A stretch of 64,000 nt of DNA from Selaginella moellendorffii (lineage: Eukaryota; Plantae; Lycopodiophyta). The DNA lies in assembly GCF_000143415.4 (NCBI RefSeq), contig NW_003314318.1, positions 868,001-932,000 of the forward strand, read 5' to 3'. The position numbers were made by a program, and so were the translations under genes. Each line of letters begins with the position of its first letter. Positions within the stretch are counted from its first letter, which is position 1. A model generated the notes under the pieces. That model saw nothing but the letters and a program-made list of their open reading frames with translations, ran no database searches and was not told the DNA's origin. Of this stretch, positions 50,578-64,000 are shown one piece after another.

Positions 50578-51231
50578 ATGGCTCTCATCAAAATTGTCAC
50601 GGTGTCATTCTTTCTGTGCTTAACTATTATTGGAGTTTTGGGCGATGAGGATCCTCTCCAGGATTTCTGCGTCGAAGATCCAAACTCCAATGTGTTCATC
50701 AACGGAGTTCCTTGCAAAGGTCCCACCACAGTCACTGCCGATGACTTCACCTCCACAATCCTTCGTCAGGCTCCAGTCACAAACAACACACTGCGAATCC
50801 AAGCCGACTTGATCGATGTCAGACTGTTTCCAGGCCTCAACACGCAGGGACTCTCCATTGCTCGCCTTGCATTCGGTCCATTTGGCGTGAATCCTCCGCA
50901 CAACCATCCCCGAGCGTCCGAGGTCATCTGGCTCCTCCAAGGACGCCTCTATGTTGGATTTGTGTCAACTTCCAACCGGTTGTTTGCAAAAGTTTTGTAT
51001 CCCGGTGATCTGTTCATCTTTCCCAGGGGACTAGTTCACTTCCAGCGAAACCTGGATAAGTCGGATACGGTTGCGGTGGCTGCGCTTGGAAGTCAAAACC
51101 CAGGAAGGACAGACATTGCTAGAGTGTTGTTCCAGACCACTCCAGACATCATGAACGAAGTTCTGGAGGCAACTTTGCAGGTTGACGAAACTGAGATTGA
51201 TGAGTTACGACGTGGAGTGAGTCGGACTTGA
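50578..51231 (+). CDS. Germin-like protein (cupin), 217 aa, intronless
   Basis: Signal peptide, box A QDFCV, GLNTQGLSIARL, GVNPPHNHPRASE (box B) and FPRGLVHFQ (box C). Confidence 0.95.
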   Translation: MALIKIVTVSFFLCLTIIGVLGDEDPLQDFCVEDPNSNVFINGVPCKGPTTVTADDFTSTILRQAPVTNNTLRIQADLIDVRLFPGLNTQGLSIARLAFGPFGVNPPHNHPRASEVIWLLQGRLYVGFVSTSNRLFAKVLYPGDLFIFPRGLVHFQRNLDKSDTVAVAALGSQNPGRTDIARVLFQTTPDIMNEVLEATLQVDETEIDELRRGVSRT

Positions 51232-51737
51232 TTCTGAACAAAAGATCCAACTACAAAATGCTTGCAAAAATCTCAATAAAGCTCTTAGTTCAAAGAAGCT
51301 CTATTTCGTTAAAGTGGGAATTGTCATTATCCCACTTGTAAAATAAGGTTTCCAAACCTTTATATAGTATATAAATATAACAAAATTCAACTGCATTGAG
51401 GCACATGCCATTTTATTTTAAACAAGGAAATGTCTACTCAATCACTTCTCCTCCCCCTGCCACTGCTTCACCTCTCTCTTCTCCTTGTCATCGTCGTCCA
51501 ATTTCTTTCCATCCTTTTAATATTGGCTTAGTTGCTCCGAGTCTAGGTGGAGCCCAAGTCCCCATTCAATCTTTACTTTCCCCTTATTAATAAAACAACT
51601 TCGTAGACTTCCAATAACATGCTGTAACACTTCTAGTATAATGCAAATCCTCTCAAAGAATTGTCTTTTAATATTAATACAATGGCATGGAACCCCATGC
51701 CATAATAAGTTACATTTTTAAATAAATACATGCCATC

Positions 51738-54700
51738 TCAGACTGTTATTTTTTGCCTCCAACGCCTATACAATAATCTTGGAATTTCATCACTCTCCAC
51801 ACTATCAGGATTTAAACCCAATAGTAATGCCATCTCTTCTCTAATACGTCCACGCTCATGTTCAGTGGTCGAAGAACCCATCCGGTTGAGCAGATTATGG
51901 AGATGCGGATAGTGCTTGGCTAGACAATATACATGCCATAAATGATGACTGGTGTCTGTCTGATCAAATGGCTTCTGATATACCGTTCCATCTGCCATTT
52001 GGTTGATTTCTGCAGCCACCTCTTGGATTGGCCGGTTCTCTATCACCATCGCTTCAAGCTGTTTTGCAAGGTCCCCCAGAACATACGGTTTCTTCTCCCT
52101 AGTTTCCATACTGCAAGAGATGGGGTGCACTGCATATGTGTGCGTGTTCGCTGTAGTTTTAATCGGCGAGTCATCGATGATGAGGATTTCACTTGACCTA
52201 GCAGTCCGGTTCATCACTACAGCCTCTGGCTTGACGAAGATGGGCTTGCTACCCCTCACATGGACCATAGTCAAGCAATCCTCCTGCGTTAGGAGAAAGT
52301 CAAATGGTAATATTACTCGCGTCTGATCGTGCATCATCTGTAGCAACGTTAATGCATTGTGGCGCATCATGGATGTCCAAACTCCCAATTGCAAATTGAA
52401 CCCGGCCCTCTGTTTTAAGTGTCGCATGGTTATTATTAGATCCCGCAGTTTCTCCCGTGTGATTAATGTGAATCTGTCTCTTTTGACCAACTTGCGACCG
52501 CAGGCTTTGGAGGGTGCAGTGACATTCGAGGACGAGCCACGCTCATGGGAGAAAAGGACACCGTTCAGATCAAAAACGATACAGTACTTTCGCCGTGACT
52601 CTGAAATGAAATGCGTCAGCATAAAAAATGGTACAAGTCAATTTTACCATCTACAATATTAGCAAATGGTGCTCCCGATGGTCGTTCAGAGGGTTTTGGT
52701 TGAGGAAACGTGAAGGGCGGAAATATCTCCTTTGCAATGTGGGGTCAATCGCATCCGATGGCGTGTGGGCACATGCCATTTCAGCTGTAGACTCTGGTAC
52801 AACTGGCTCAACAGTGGCATGGGGTGGTTCTGATGGCGTGTGATCACACGCCATTTCAGCTGGTGCCTCCGTTGGCAAAGTGGACATGACCGAACAGGCA
52901 GCAAGGGCGGTGTAGGGAGGTTCCAACGGCACGTAGTCAGACGATTGGGCACACGTTGAGTCTGTTGGAAATGAGGATATGACCGGCTCGGCGGCTGGGG
53001 CGGCCTCATGCGGGTCCAATGGCGCCTGGTCACCGTCAGTTGGATACGTGGACAAGATTGACTCAATGGTATGGGCAGCATCAAGTGGAGCGTGGTCAGC
53101 TTGCTTGGCGTTGATATGGATAGTAGCCTCCACCAGCTCTGATGACTCTTGCAGGCAAGTAGAGTCCACTGGCGGATCCATATGCATGTCCAAATATCTC
53201 CCTTCGATTGAGATGGTATCCTCCCTACTGGCTACTAAAAACAAACTCATTAGCACATTGAATCGACTATACTGTATTTACCATCAACTGCTATTGGGCG
53301 CACTGCTGATTCTGAAGGATTGGACATACATTTCGACCCTTGCTTGGCACTATCCTTCCTCGACACTAAAGGCTAGAGTTTGTATCTTAATTCAACTGAA
53401 TAATCTCTACTTACCATTTCTTCTGCGACCTACATGGACAATGTTAGAAATGGTAAAAGGTTAGGAATGGATGTACTATTATTTACCTGATGGTTTGTCT
53501 TGTATGACCTTCCTCCGCTGCTCTTTGGCCACCTCAGGCTGGCCATCGTCGTCATCATCGTCATCGTCGTTATTGTGATCGTCACCATTGTGAGGACCAT
53601 CCAAGTCCTCTTCGTCCTCCTCTTCTTCATCCTCCTCTTCTTTGTCCTCCTCTTCGTCCTTCTGCTCTTCCTGCTCATTATCTTTCTCTGGCTCCTCATC
53701 CCCCTCCTGCATTTCTTCCATAGGCTGCTCAGGCTGGATGGCTTGTTTTTCCAGGACCATCTTGGGAAAATCATTTGGCCGAGTCTCCATCTCAAAATAC
53801 AAGACATCCATAGCCTGTTTCAGTGCTTGACCTAGGACCGTATCCTCACCCGACTGTCTTAACATGGTTTCTGCACGTTCTTGCACCCTTCGAAGACGAC
53901 GAGATGAGAAAAACATGGCCCTGACTTGAAAAGCATCCCTCATCCATTGTACCTCTCCATTGAGATTGGGGAAGGGGAGTCCGCCATAGGAATTTGAGTC
54001 AGGAGGTGGTGACTGGCTCCTTTCACTCAGCCCTTGATCTGCAATGAATGGCATGAGCACACACGCCATAACCGCGAGGCATTACCTATCATCTTTTCGT
54101 TGCCCTTCTTCCTTTTCGAATCAAACGCCTCTGATCCCGACGACTGTCCAACGTGCTTTCGCTTTTTATGACCACTGTCAGTTTGAGCTTGGCTGGTGCT
54201 TGCCTATTTTGCCTTTGAAGAAGTGTCTCCTGCAAGGAATGGCATGAGACCACACGCCATTGCAAATATAATTTGTACCTCCTTTTTTCCTATTGCTTGT
54301 CTGTTTGTCCTTCTTCGACGCGCCACCAGTGCGCTTTTCAGTCCTCGTGTCTGAATATTCACAACGATCTATAATCAAAATGGCGTGAGGCCTCACGTGA
54401 CCTTACCTTGTGCAGGTTGTGAGCTCGGCCTAACATCAGTAGCTGTTAACGCCGTTTCAGCATCTGGGGGTGGCCACGCTCCTGCATACAGAGCTTGTGA
54501 GATAACATTTAAACTTAAAGTGCGTACTCACCAGGTTCGCAGAGAAGATACTGTTTTTCTTTGGCAACTGTAATTATATGCTCCATTGAAGTCACCTCTT
54601 CAATGGAGTTTGTCATCGCAACACACGGAACACCCTTGAGTAGTGCGGCTCGAAAGAATAGTCCGCCGCAGTTGTACTCGACAACGCATTTGCCCTTGGT

Positions 54701-57315
54701 GTCACCCGCTATTGCGTTGAAGACCCAGCTGAGCATTTCCCATGCTGCACCTGGAGCTTTCATTGGATTCGAAAGCTCCATAGCCGTCTTCAGTTCCTCA
54801 GGCACGGGTAAATTGACCTCCCTCAGATCAATTCGATCGGCCTTGTCGAACGAAGCTAGGAAGTCACTCCAGTCCCACTCTGCTGTAGGACCAATAACAA
54901 GGGCGAGTGTGAAGATGCGGACATTCGTCGGTATCTTCTTCTTAGCCATTATCCCATGGATCTCCCGCATCTCCTTGCCTTTCAATCGAGCCTTCACCTC
55001 GTTCAAGGCCTTCCAGAACTTGTGATAGGATTCGGAGTCGTAGATCATATAGTGGACTGAAGATTCCACCTCCGCAAGTCCCACCATTAAGTCAATGATG
55101 GAGCTGACTTCGTCTGCATGAGTGATCTCTTCGTTTGTGAAGTCCATCACACAAAAGATGCTCTTGACCTGCTCATCTCCGCGGGAAACGATGCTCCTCC
55201 ACCTTTGATCCTCATTTGAATTCACGTATACCCGGTAAGGTTCTCGATAGGCCTCTGCTGCGGGGTCGAGCTGTTTCTGAAGCCGGCGGTCGACATCCCT
55301 CTTAATGAAATTTGGATACTGATCCAACTTCTCAGCTTTACTTTTCGTGGCATCCCGCAGCAGATCGATGAACTTGGGGGCCCCCTTCACGTACTCGTCG
55401 ATGTCTTCATTTGACAAGTCCAGCTCTTCCATCATCTCTTGCGTGGTGTCGATGCTCACCCTCTCCACGGCCACTTGCTCGAAGATCCAATCCTTCAATA
55501 GCGCACGAGCTCTCAGAGTCGTGCACAAGTCCTCGTATGTCACAATATGGCCGGGAGTCATTTTGGTCTTGTTGAAGACTACCTCACCACGTAGAAGAGC
55601 ATTAGCCACTGTCAGAAGGTCGTCGTCGTCTAGAGACCGCGAGAAACGCAAGGCGTTGAGCTTCAAATCATTGGGCTTCCGGCCGTCCTCCACACCCATT
55701 GAGTTTAGCAACTCCCCGTCATGGTACCTCCTCAGCACATCTACCCATTTGTCAAAAACAACTTTTGTCGCGAATAGAATGTTATGGATGCTGAGTGTGT
55801 CATTGACCCCCAGTGTTTTCGAGAGAAGACTCGAGAATTCCTGCAATGGAAATGGCGTGAGGCCACATGCTATGCCACATGCAACGAGGCTTACCTGCCA
55901 GGCGCTAGTTGCTAGTGCACGTCCTTGTCCTGGTTTTTGTGGCTTCTTCAGTTGAACCCAGAGCTTCTGTGTTCATGCCAATGTCTCGTGCAGACCTGAT
56001 TTGTAGCACGTTTCTTGCTTGACATTCTGCGCGTGGGAGATGGATATGATAGATCGAAGGGGCGAGTTGCCTTTTATCAGGCGGACAACTCTTCTCTTGA
56101 AGACTTTCTTCACCTCCTCGCCCACCATAATATCCAGAACTATCTCTTGCATCGCCAAGCTAGAATGCTGCCCGGAGATGGCATAGAACCAGATGTTCTG
56201 ATCGTCCAATACCTTCTTATTGATCAAGTTTGGAAACCTCGTCTCGCCCTTCATTGTTTGGTAGTAGGGGATCACGTCTGCGATGTCGGGTGTTACTGGA
56301 CTTGCCAGCATCTTCTGCTTCAGTTTCTCCACCCACTCATCAGATACTAGCCTGTGGTTGTATTTGCTTTGGATGTCGATACGGCTCACGTCGATTGTAT
56401 ATACTTTGTTGGAATAGTAACAAGTACTATTATCTGCGACGATTTTTGCTGCCTCTTCTTGCTCTTTCTGCTCTTTGCAGCTCTTCTTTTTGGTGGGTGT
56501 AGTGTTCGAACCCGAGGCAATGGCATCACCGAGTAGCTTCTTTTTTGGAGTAGCAGAGTCGGACGTCGGCTTGAGCTTGACCACCCTTTTCAGCTTCAGG
56601 GTAGTTTCCAGATCGACCCCCTTCCCCTTCGCTTCGCGAACTGGAGGCACTCTCAACGGCTCAATGTTGGAATATAGTTTTTGAACATCGCCGTAGGTGA
56701 GGTCCGTGGATTCCATGTGATCTTCATAGACCCGCAGCGTCTTTGAAATTGTGGGCCTCCTGGACAACCTCTCCCTAGCTCCCTCTAGGAATTCCTCATA
56801 GCCGCTGCCCCCCTCCGGGAAGCCGCTAGGATGTGCAAGGTGGATCTTGAAGGCGGATGCTGTCTCTACCACAAGTGCCAGTCCATATTCTTGCATGGAA
56901 CTGCATGGAGTGTCTGTCACTTGGATGAGGATCCCCATGCATTCTTTTCTCCCACCATCTGTGTTGTACAGCATCAGATCCTCGCCTTCCATCCCGAAAG
57001 TCCAACTGGTGAGCTCCTCCCCCTTCTCTGCATCCACATTGACAGTGGTTGGAAGAAGAACGCAATTCCTCGCCTGTTCAGAAATGCACAACAATTAGAG
57101 CTGACAGATGAAAAGCTAGCAGCTGGAAATAACGTGAGGCCACACGCCATTCACCACTGCATCAGATGTCTTGAGGTTGCATCCTAAGATGGCGTGAGGC
57201 TACACGCCATCTGTAACCGGACTGCACTCGAGAGCCCAATCGGTGCATGCCAATGTTGCTACTGAATGGCATGTGGCCTCATGCCATTTTCTACTTGGCC
57301 TAAAAGACTTACCAT
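51738..57315 (-). pseudogene. Cargo gene copy 3 (disrupted)
   Basis: Same exons as copy 2. TGA at 55973 and the exon-6 TAG are shared with copy 1. 2-bp deletion near 52726. Confidence 0.8.
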
Positions 57316-60215
57316 TTGAAGCCGAATGGAGGCCGTGACAATCGAGGCCGGACTCGCTGGCGAATGTGCACTATGTGTGCAGCGGATCGTAGCAGCAAGG
57401 CTACTCTGCCACTTACAGTTGGAGAGTGGCGCTGAAATCTCCCGGGACGCCAAGTGGGCTGCGTGTGGGTGGCGGAGTGGGCGGCGGAGTTGGCGGCGAA
57501 GTTACAAACTGGGTGTGTCTTGAAATGGACGCCAATGCACACGAGCGCGATGCGAGCGCGAGTGTGATGCAAGCGCGAGTGGACGCCGATGCACACGAGA
57601 AACCTGTAGAGAAGTGAGCGTGATCGCGAGTGGGAGCGCGATGCGAGCGGGAGCGCGAGTGTGATGCGAGCGCGAGTGCGAGTGTGATGCGAGCGCGAGT
57701 ACGAAGCAAAATGCAAAACCTAACCTCACACGCGCGAAATGTCACAACGGTTGGTAATCCCGCCACGTCATCATTCCTCGGACTTGGGCGCCACCATTAA
57801 TTTCTGGATTGCCGTGCGCATGCAAGCATGCAAAATCCAAAAGAAATCCGCAACGTCATCATTCCTCGGACTGCATGCATGCGAAATCCAAAAGAAAGAT
57901 CATGATTGGGATATCATTTAATACCCTCGCTATATTTATACCATGCATGATTGGATATTCCAAAGCATCTTGTATTTCCAAAAATGGCAGATGTTCAGGT
58001 AAATAAAGAAATTCTATCTGTTTCTATTTTTCTCTCAAATCAATATTATAGCGTGTGGGCTCATGCAATTTTGAACCAAAGAAACCCAAAAAACGTTGGA
58101 CCCAAAATATTTTGAAAAAACCCAAAAAACCCTAAACATTTTAAACCCAAAAATCCAGGCGTCCTGTGGCGTTATTCCTTGAATGGCGTGTGGGCGCATG
58201 CCATTTTCAGGGCCAAATGCTGAATGGAGAAAATTCCCTTTCAGTGCAAATGCTGCAAGAGGCAGATGCCGAGCACAAAGGACTGTAACTACCTCACATG
58301 ACACAGATAAACTTTTCTCTATTTGGGAAAGATAAACTTTATAGCGTGTGGGCTCATGCAATTTTGAACCCAAAAAATGCACCAAAAAATTCTCGGCGTC
58401 ATCTGGCGTTATCTCTTGAATGGCATGGGGCCGCATGCCATTTTCAAGGGCACATAGGAGTATATTCCTAGGATATTCTGACACGCGCGAGATTTTTTTG
58501 AGTTTTCTGGAGATCCAACCGTTAGATCGCAACTAGATTTTTCAAAATGGTATACAATGTCTTTCTTGATGACCCTGCAAAGAAGCATCTCGATCGGACA
58601 CCACATGAGACCACACGAGCCTTACAATGTTTCAGGGGCATTTGCCATAGATCCGACCGTTATTTTGCTCCAAGATTTTACAGTTTGGTGTGCATTGACC
58701 TTTCCATCGACACTACAAAGGGACATCACAATCAGATGCGGGATCACAAGAAACTAACTTCACTAACTCTGGTTTCACCAAGATCTACATAAAGAGTTAT
58801 GAAATGAAAGGACCCTCTCTATTGAAATGTGTTTATGGTCCTAGTGACATATCAAAGGATTTTGCATTAAGTTCTGTATTTGCATGTTTATCAAGCTACT
58901 GAATTGCTAAACCCTAAACCCTAAACCCTAAACATGTGGCAAATGTTGCGTGAAGAAAGATGCCCTTTCTGGGCAAATACTGTAAGAGGTAGATGCCGAG
59001 CAGATGTATCTCAGGCTAGCGAAGGGGACAAACGAAAGCTAGCTATAAACATGACGGGATGCAAATAGATTACTAGGCTGGTCCTGCGAAAATCAAAAAC
59101 CATAATTGAAAACATTGAAAATGCAAAAAGAAAGGTTTATAATATTTTTGAATTTTAAGCAACCAAAGGAATGTAAGTAGGGCATGTGTTTGTAAGTTTA
59201 AAAATGCCTCAACCACTTAAATTCCCAAGTAAATAAAGCTGTTTCTATTTTTGGTACAGGTAAACTTTATAGCGTGTGGGCTCATGCAATTTTGAACCCA
59301 AAAATGCACCAAAAAATGCTCGACTAGCATTATTCTTTGAATGGCGTGTGGCCTTATATTGCCATAAATGGACGTACACACAGAGCATAATTATTCCTTT
59401 ACACGGCGAATAATCTTGGCGCGGATCGCTGACATGGCATGGCAAAGTTCGAATCACTGACATGGCACAGCTGGATCGAGGCAAGGACATGATGTGACAA
59501 AGTTCAACCTCCGACAGCAAAGTCTAGAAGCTACTCAGTTTGAAATTTGTCAGAGGAGTCATAAGATCTGGTTTGTCAGAGGATTTGATGTGACATTCAA
59601 GCGTGTGTTATTTTTGAATTCTCGAACTCATTCCTAGGTCTATCATTTTTGTGCGCCGTGTTCTTGGTTCCGCTGAGCGCAGTGAGCGCTACTTGTGTAA
59701 GCGGCGTTGTGGGCTGTGGTTTATGCGTCTACGAGCGATTGCGGCATTGCGAGCGGCAGTTTATGCGAGTGGCAGTTTGTGCGAGCGGCGCTACGAGCAG
59801 TTGCGGTGTTGCGAGCGGCACTACGAGTAGTTGCGGTGTTGCGAGCGGCACTGTCTTTGGTGTGGCTACCGCTTCCTCTTGATATTCGGCACTTGTGCTT
59901 CCTGGTATGTTCACCATGGAATGGCTTAGGACCACATTTAGAAATGGCATGAGGCCACATGCCATCTTGGGCCCTTGCAATTTCATGACTAGCGTATTGT
60001 CATGTATGTTTTTACTTGCCTGCAGCTGTGTGTATATCAAGATGGCATGAGGCCTCATGCCAATTTTGTGAATGCAAAATTTCACGTGGGTGTCAATAGC
60101 ATGTTTGAATAATGGCATGTGGCCTCATGCTATTGAGGTTGTTTGGTATGTTATGATTTAGGTTATTCTCCAATCATTTTTTGTATGGTCTTAACTTCTT
60201 TTCTGCACTTTCAGA

Positions 60216-62735
60216 ATGGCCTTCAGGGTTGGGGAAAAGGTTTACATTTTGAATGGTGGGAAGAGAGTTGCAAAAGGGACCCTTGTGTCTATGGATCGGA
60301 ACTTTGTTATACACTGTCAAAGGCTTGGGGAGGGCAATGCTGCTGTATCAGTAGAGACTGTCTTCGATGGGAATGTGGTCGCTATTGAACGAGGAGAGAT
60401 GGTCGTCGAGGTAAATGTTGTTGTTGCCTTGAAAAATCTTCAGAAGAAAGCAGATGTTGGGGACAGCGCAAGTGCGACGCATGTTCCCTCCGTGGATCTT
60501 AAGAACCGTGCTACATGGATTCAGGCGAAGGTGTTTCTAAACAACCCCGAGGGGGAGGTGGTAGCTGAGGGCTTAGCCACAGTTGTCGATCCAAGAAATG
60601 CGGTTGCTAATCAAGAATTGGGCTGGGATGATATTGGAGTTGCGATTTTAGAGGTTGTTGACACAGAAGAAAACAGTCTGACTATTGGAAGCATTGTGCG
60701 GTGGAAATTGAGGCACTTAGTGTTTGAGAATGTGAAGGATTCACAATCAAACACCACTACAACTGATGACAGAACATCTCTTCATGGGAAAAGAAAGTAC
60801 ACCTTCCTAAAGCGCAGCCAAAGGGATCTGAGCAACGAACCGAAAAGGCAGAAAATGGCAATGGAAGTTCGAATGGTCTCGACAGTTGCTTGTTGCAAGA
60901 GGAGCTGCTGTCAACATGCTGATTGGGATGCTATTGAAGAGGAGAGAACAAGATACAAGACATTGTCCTGGAAGGCAGCTCGCAATTTTGTGTATGAGGC
61001 ATTACGGTCATCTGTTGATGCTTCAGAACATCAGGTGGGGGGCATGGTCTTCCAGAGGGGTTTGGTCTGCATGAAGGCATGGAGAATCATTTATGGAGTC
61101 CCTCGAACCACATTCTAATGAATCAAAACTGAGTTCGAGGAACAAAGGGTTCAACAGGCAGTCCATGGGAACGACGGTACGCACAAAACCAGGGGTCATG
61201 TTGTATATGGAGAGGCAATCTTCAAGAGGTTTGTCGAGACATGTAGCGAGCAGCAACCACATAAAACCCGCCTCTTGGAAGATGGAACACGAGACACCCA
61301 ACGAGTTCTCCCTTCCATGTATACCAAGGGGGCCATATTGGAAGATGTGAATCGGGAACTCCAGAGTAATGGCTACAGGAAGCTGAGCCAATCTAGATTT
61401 AGTAGATTGTGGAGCAACAGGTTCAGGGATGTGAGTATAGGAAAGTACTCCAGCTTTTCAAAGTGTGACGAGTGCACTGCTATCAAAATGGCTTTGTCGA
61501 AGAATTCTTGCAGCGCTCAAGAGCGAGAGACGTTGGTTAGAAGGCGGCTCGACCACAACATCGAGCAGAGAAGCTGCAGGACTGCATATTATCATAACAG
61601 GATTCTCTCCATGGAGAGACCTAACTCTTACCTCTGCATCATCCACGACAAAATGGACTAGAAAAAGACGTGCTTACCTCGACTCAATCCTGCCCCCAAG
61701 GCAATCTCTTCATCCATGCAGCTGCCTGTGTCTCTGTTTGGCATAATCACTCATGGGCATGGTGCCCAGAACTATGGGAACTTCTTTGTACCTCTATGGG
61801 GTGGCGGGGGTGCAAACATGATGATTGCGTCCCTAGCAAAACACTTAAGGTCTCTGCAAAGTGCGCAGACNNNNNNNNNNNNNNNNNNNNNNNNNNNNNN
61901 NNNNNNNNNNNNNNNNNNNNNNNNNNNNNNNNNNNNNNNNNNNNNNNNNNNNNNNNNNNNNNNNNNNNNNCAACCCTTGCATAAGGCCCTTGTCGATCGA
62001 ACCCCATACAGGGTTCAGCTGGAGGAGGAGCAAAGGCTTGCAGTATCGCGTGGGGCCCCATGCCATCCCAGTGAATATGTTGGCCGTCAGATTGTAGGGT
62101 TATCACGTGAGGCCTCATGCCATTCCGACGAGGCTGGTCGCCCGGTGAATGCACAGCCTCATCCAAACGAAGCAAAATCTCAAGGAAGTTCTTGCGGCCG
62201 ATGTGGCCTTCCACCCCATCTTCTGCTCCAAACAGACAATGCTGGTAGTGAGAACAAAAACATGTACGTCTTCGCGTACTTGGCGATGCTTGTTGCCAAA
62301 GGCATATTTGAAACGGTTACACTTGGCTTTCTTATGGTTGGGCACACTCATGAAGACGTCGATGCCATGTTCAGTCACCTGGCAGAGTCCCTCCGGCGAT
62401 CCAATGTCCTCACCCTCCCACAACTCTACGATGAATTCCAAAATTGCATCAAAGGCACTGTTGAAGCTGCACTTCTGACAGAGGTTCCAGACTTCCAGAA
62501 AAGAGATGGGTGCTGAATCCAAGGGATCCCAGCATGAGCATATCGGTGGATAATGTTGTGCATGGTTGGATGCGGAAGCAGAGTGCCACCATCACCTTGC
62601 CAGACCATGCAAGAGATGCAGCAAGAGCATTCATAACCCGGGTTCAAGGTGAGATTCATTAATATTCCTTTACTAAGTTTCTAATGTATTTTATTTCAAA
62701 GTGAACAATCCGAATCTGAATCAGAGGAGGCCTGA
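60216..62735 (+). pseudogene. Sola1-like transposase, copy 3 (stops at 61116 and 61659, ~0.71 kb deletion)
   Basis: Comparison with copy 2. Confidence 0.85.
61871..61970. other. Assembly gap (100 N)
   Basis: Replaces 13 bp (tgagctgaacggc) present in copies 1 and 2. Confidence 0.95.
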
Positions 62736-64000
62736 TATAGTGTGTGAGGTAAAACAAAGATGATGTGACATATGCATTTACCAATCACACGTGCATAAAT
62801 CTAATAATATGGCGTGTGGCCCATATTAATGGCACATAAACCCATATTGTGGGCTTACGTACTTTATGTACCATCATTCCCTTGCAGCGTGTGTGTTGGT
62901 TTCCTTTTATAACACAACGAACTCCATATTTTAGGGTGAAGAGCATTCTCATGGCAAGCACAAAATCTGTAAGTGAGGCAGAAAAGGAGACGGAGAAGGA
63001 GATAGGTGAAGATGTAGAATATATAAGTCTTCCAAACTCCCCATACTATACTCCAGGTGATCATTTTTCTGAACAAACGGCAATATTAACAACTATCGAG
63101 AATGCCCCAGTAACGTCAGAGACAACAATCCAAAGCAAAACAACTGACCCGGAGAAGGATGATAGTACCGCTGAGAGTACCAAAAAGGAGGTGTCCACTA
63201 GCGCTTAGGCTTATAATGGCGTGTGCCCTCATGCCATTTACTTGATCACCAAATACCTTTTTCCCTTTGCACTAGTATATCTTAATACCGGTATGAGAAA
63301 TAGAATGGCATGTGCCCTCAGGCCTTTTACTAAATCACCTTTGAAAGAAATGCAAGCCTCTATGTCGTAAAAAAAAGGTACTAGAGAAATTCCTTAATAA
63401 TATGAATGTTATTTAGTTTCATGAAAATACACTAAGGGTGGTCAAATGAGTTAAATGACTTCTCCAGACTAGCAATGCCTCTTGCTACACCTTCACAATT
63501 AGATTCGTTAGAAAAAGATAACATTGAATAATATCTAAATGTTCTAATCATTAAGTGATATGTCTGGCTAATAGGAATGATGTTCATCTTGGAAAGCTCA
63601 CCACATGCTCAATGAACAAACAAATAGTGTGTGCGCGCATGCCATCGCTCTTCTTTAGCTTCAGATTCGGTTTGTTCACCTTGACAATGAGATTTATTAT
63701 ACAACCAGATGGACTCAGTCTGGACATAAAGTCACCGCGCTAGTCACCATGCCCCAGATATGTCTAGCCCCTGGACAAAAAACATATAATTTCACGTCAT
63801 TTTCAAATACTTGAAAATTTGTACCTAATCCCATTTTACTGAATAAATCCCACTTTAACGAAATAGAGCTTAAAGGTTGAATCCTTGGGTCGCCAGTCCA
63901 ATTCCGGCAGATTGAACTACAGTTTTTCAGGCCTCTCCAAGATTTTTGTGCCGCTTCTTACAAGCATGGATGGAGCATTCTAGTAGAGAAATTTTTGGAG

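Larger units (their letters stand above)
51296..63871 (+). mobile_element. Sola1-like DNA transposon, copy 3 (same transposase deletion as copy 1; contains a 100-N gap)
   Basis: 24-bp TIRs at 51296-51319 and 63848-63871. TSD AAAG at 51292-51295 and 63872-63875. Confidence 0.93.

Noticed and set aside
51275-51285. AATAAAGCTCT just upstream of copy 3 as a TIR-like target motif
   Set aside because: Only 7 bp match the TIR, it overlaps a poly(A)-like signal, and it is absent at the other two insertion sites.
6933-63871. Three copies as a segmental duplication or pure assembly artefact
   Set aside because: Each has its own matching 4-bp TSD, unrelated flanks and private mutations.

Overview
Land-plant nuclear DNA. 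Very short 38-57 nt GT-AG introns, CCCTAAA telomere motifs, a germin gene and compact host genes suggest a Selaginella-like lycophyte (inference). About 60% of the window is three same-orientation, full-length copies of one 12.5-13.3 kb cut-and-paste transposon (6933-19489, 29718-42983, 51296-63871). All three have perfect 24-bp TIRs (AAGCTCTATTTCGTTAAAGTGGGA) and their own 4-bp TSDs (CAAT, AATA, AAAG). Each copy carries two divergent genes. The + strand gene is a Sola1-like DDD transposase with two N-terminal CACTA-TnpA-like repeats. The - strand gene, which the ORF track splits into many pieces, can be spliced into one 11-exon, ~1647-aa protein: ParB/Srx-like domain, degenerate beta-class amino-methyltransferase-like domain, basic/acidic/Pro-rich linkers, and an FCP1/NIF-type HAD domain. 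Each copy is also studded with ~20-25 copies of an element-specific 22-bp palindrome (ATGGCRTGWGGCCWCAYGCCAT), many in introns. The ParB-like protein plus palindrome array is the main candidate for an undescribed system: a possible ParB/parS-like or VANC-like self-recognition/anti-silencing module (hypothesis). The left two copies sit in a deep TE nest: Helitron remnant > small gag-only LTR element > chromovirus-type Ty3/gypsy. The gypsy integrase contains two apparent spliceosomal introns. A host island at 44.4-51.3 kb has a PP2C-like gene, a PPR-like pseudogene, a HIRIP3/CHZ-like gene fragment, and a germin gene with decayed duplicates and tRNA-Tyr remnants. All domain calls are by eye from motifs; no searches were run.
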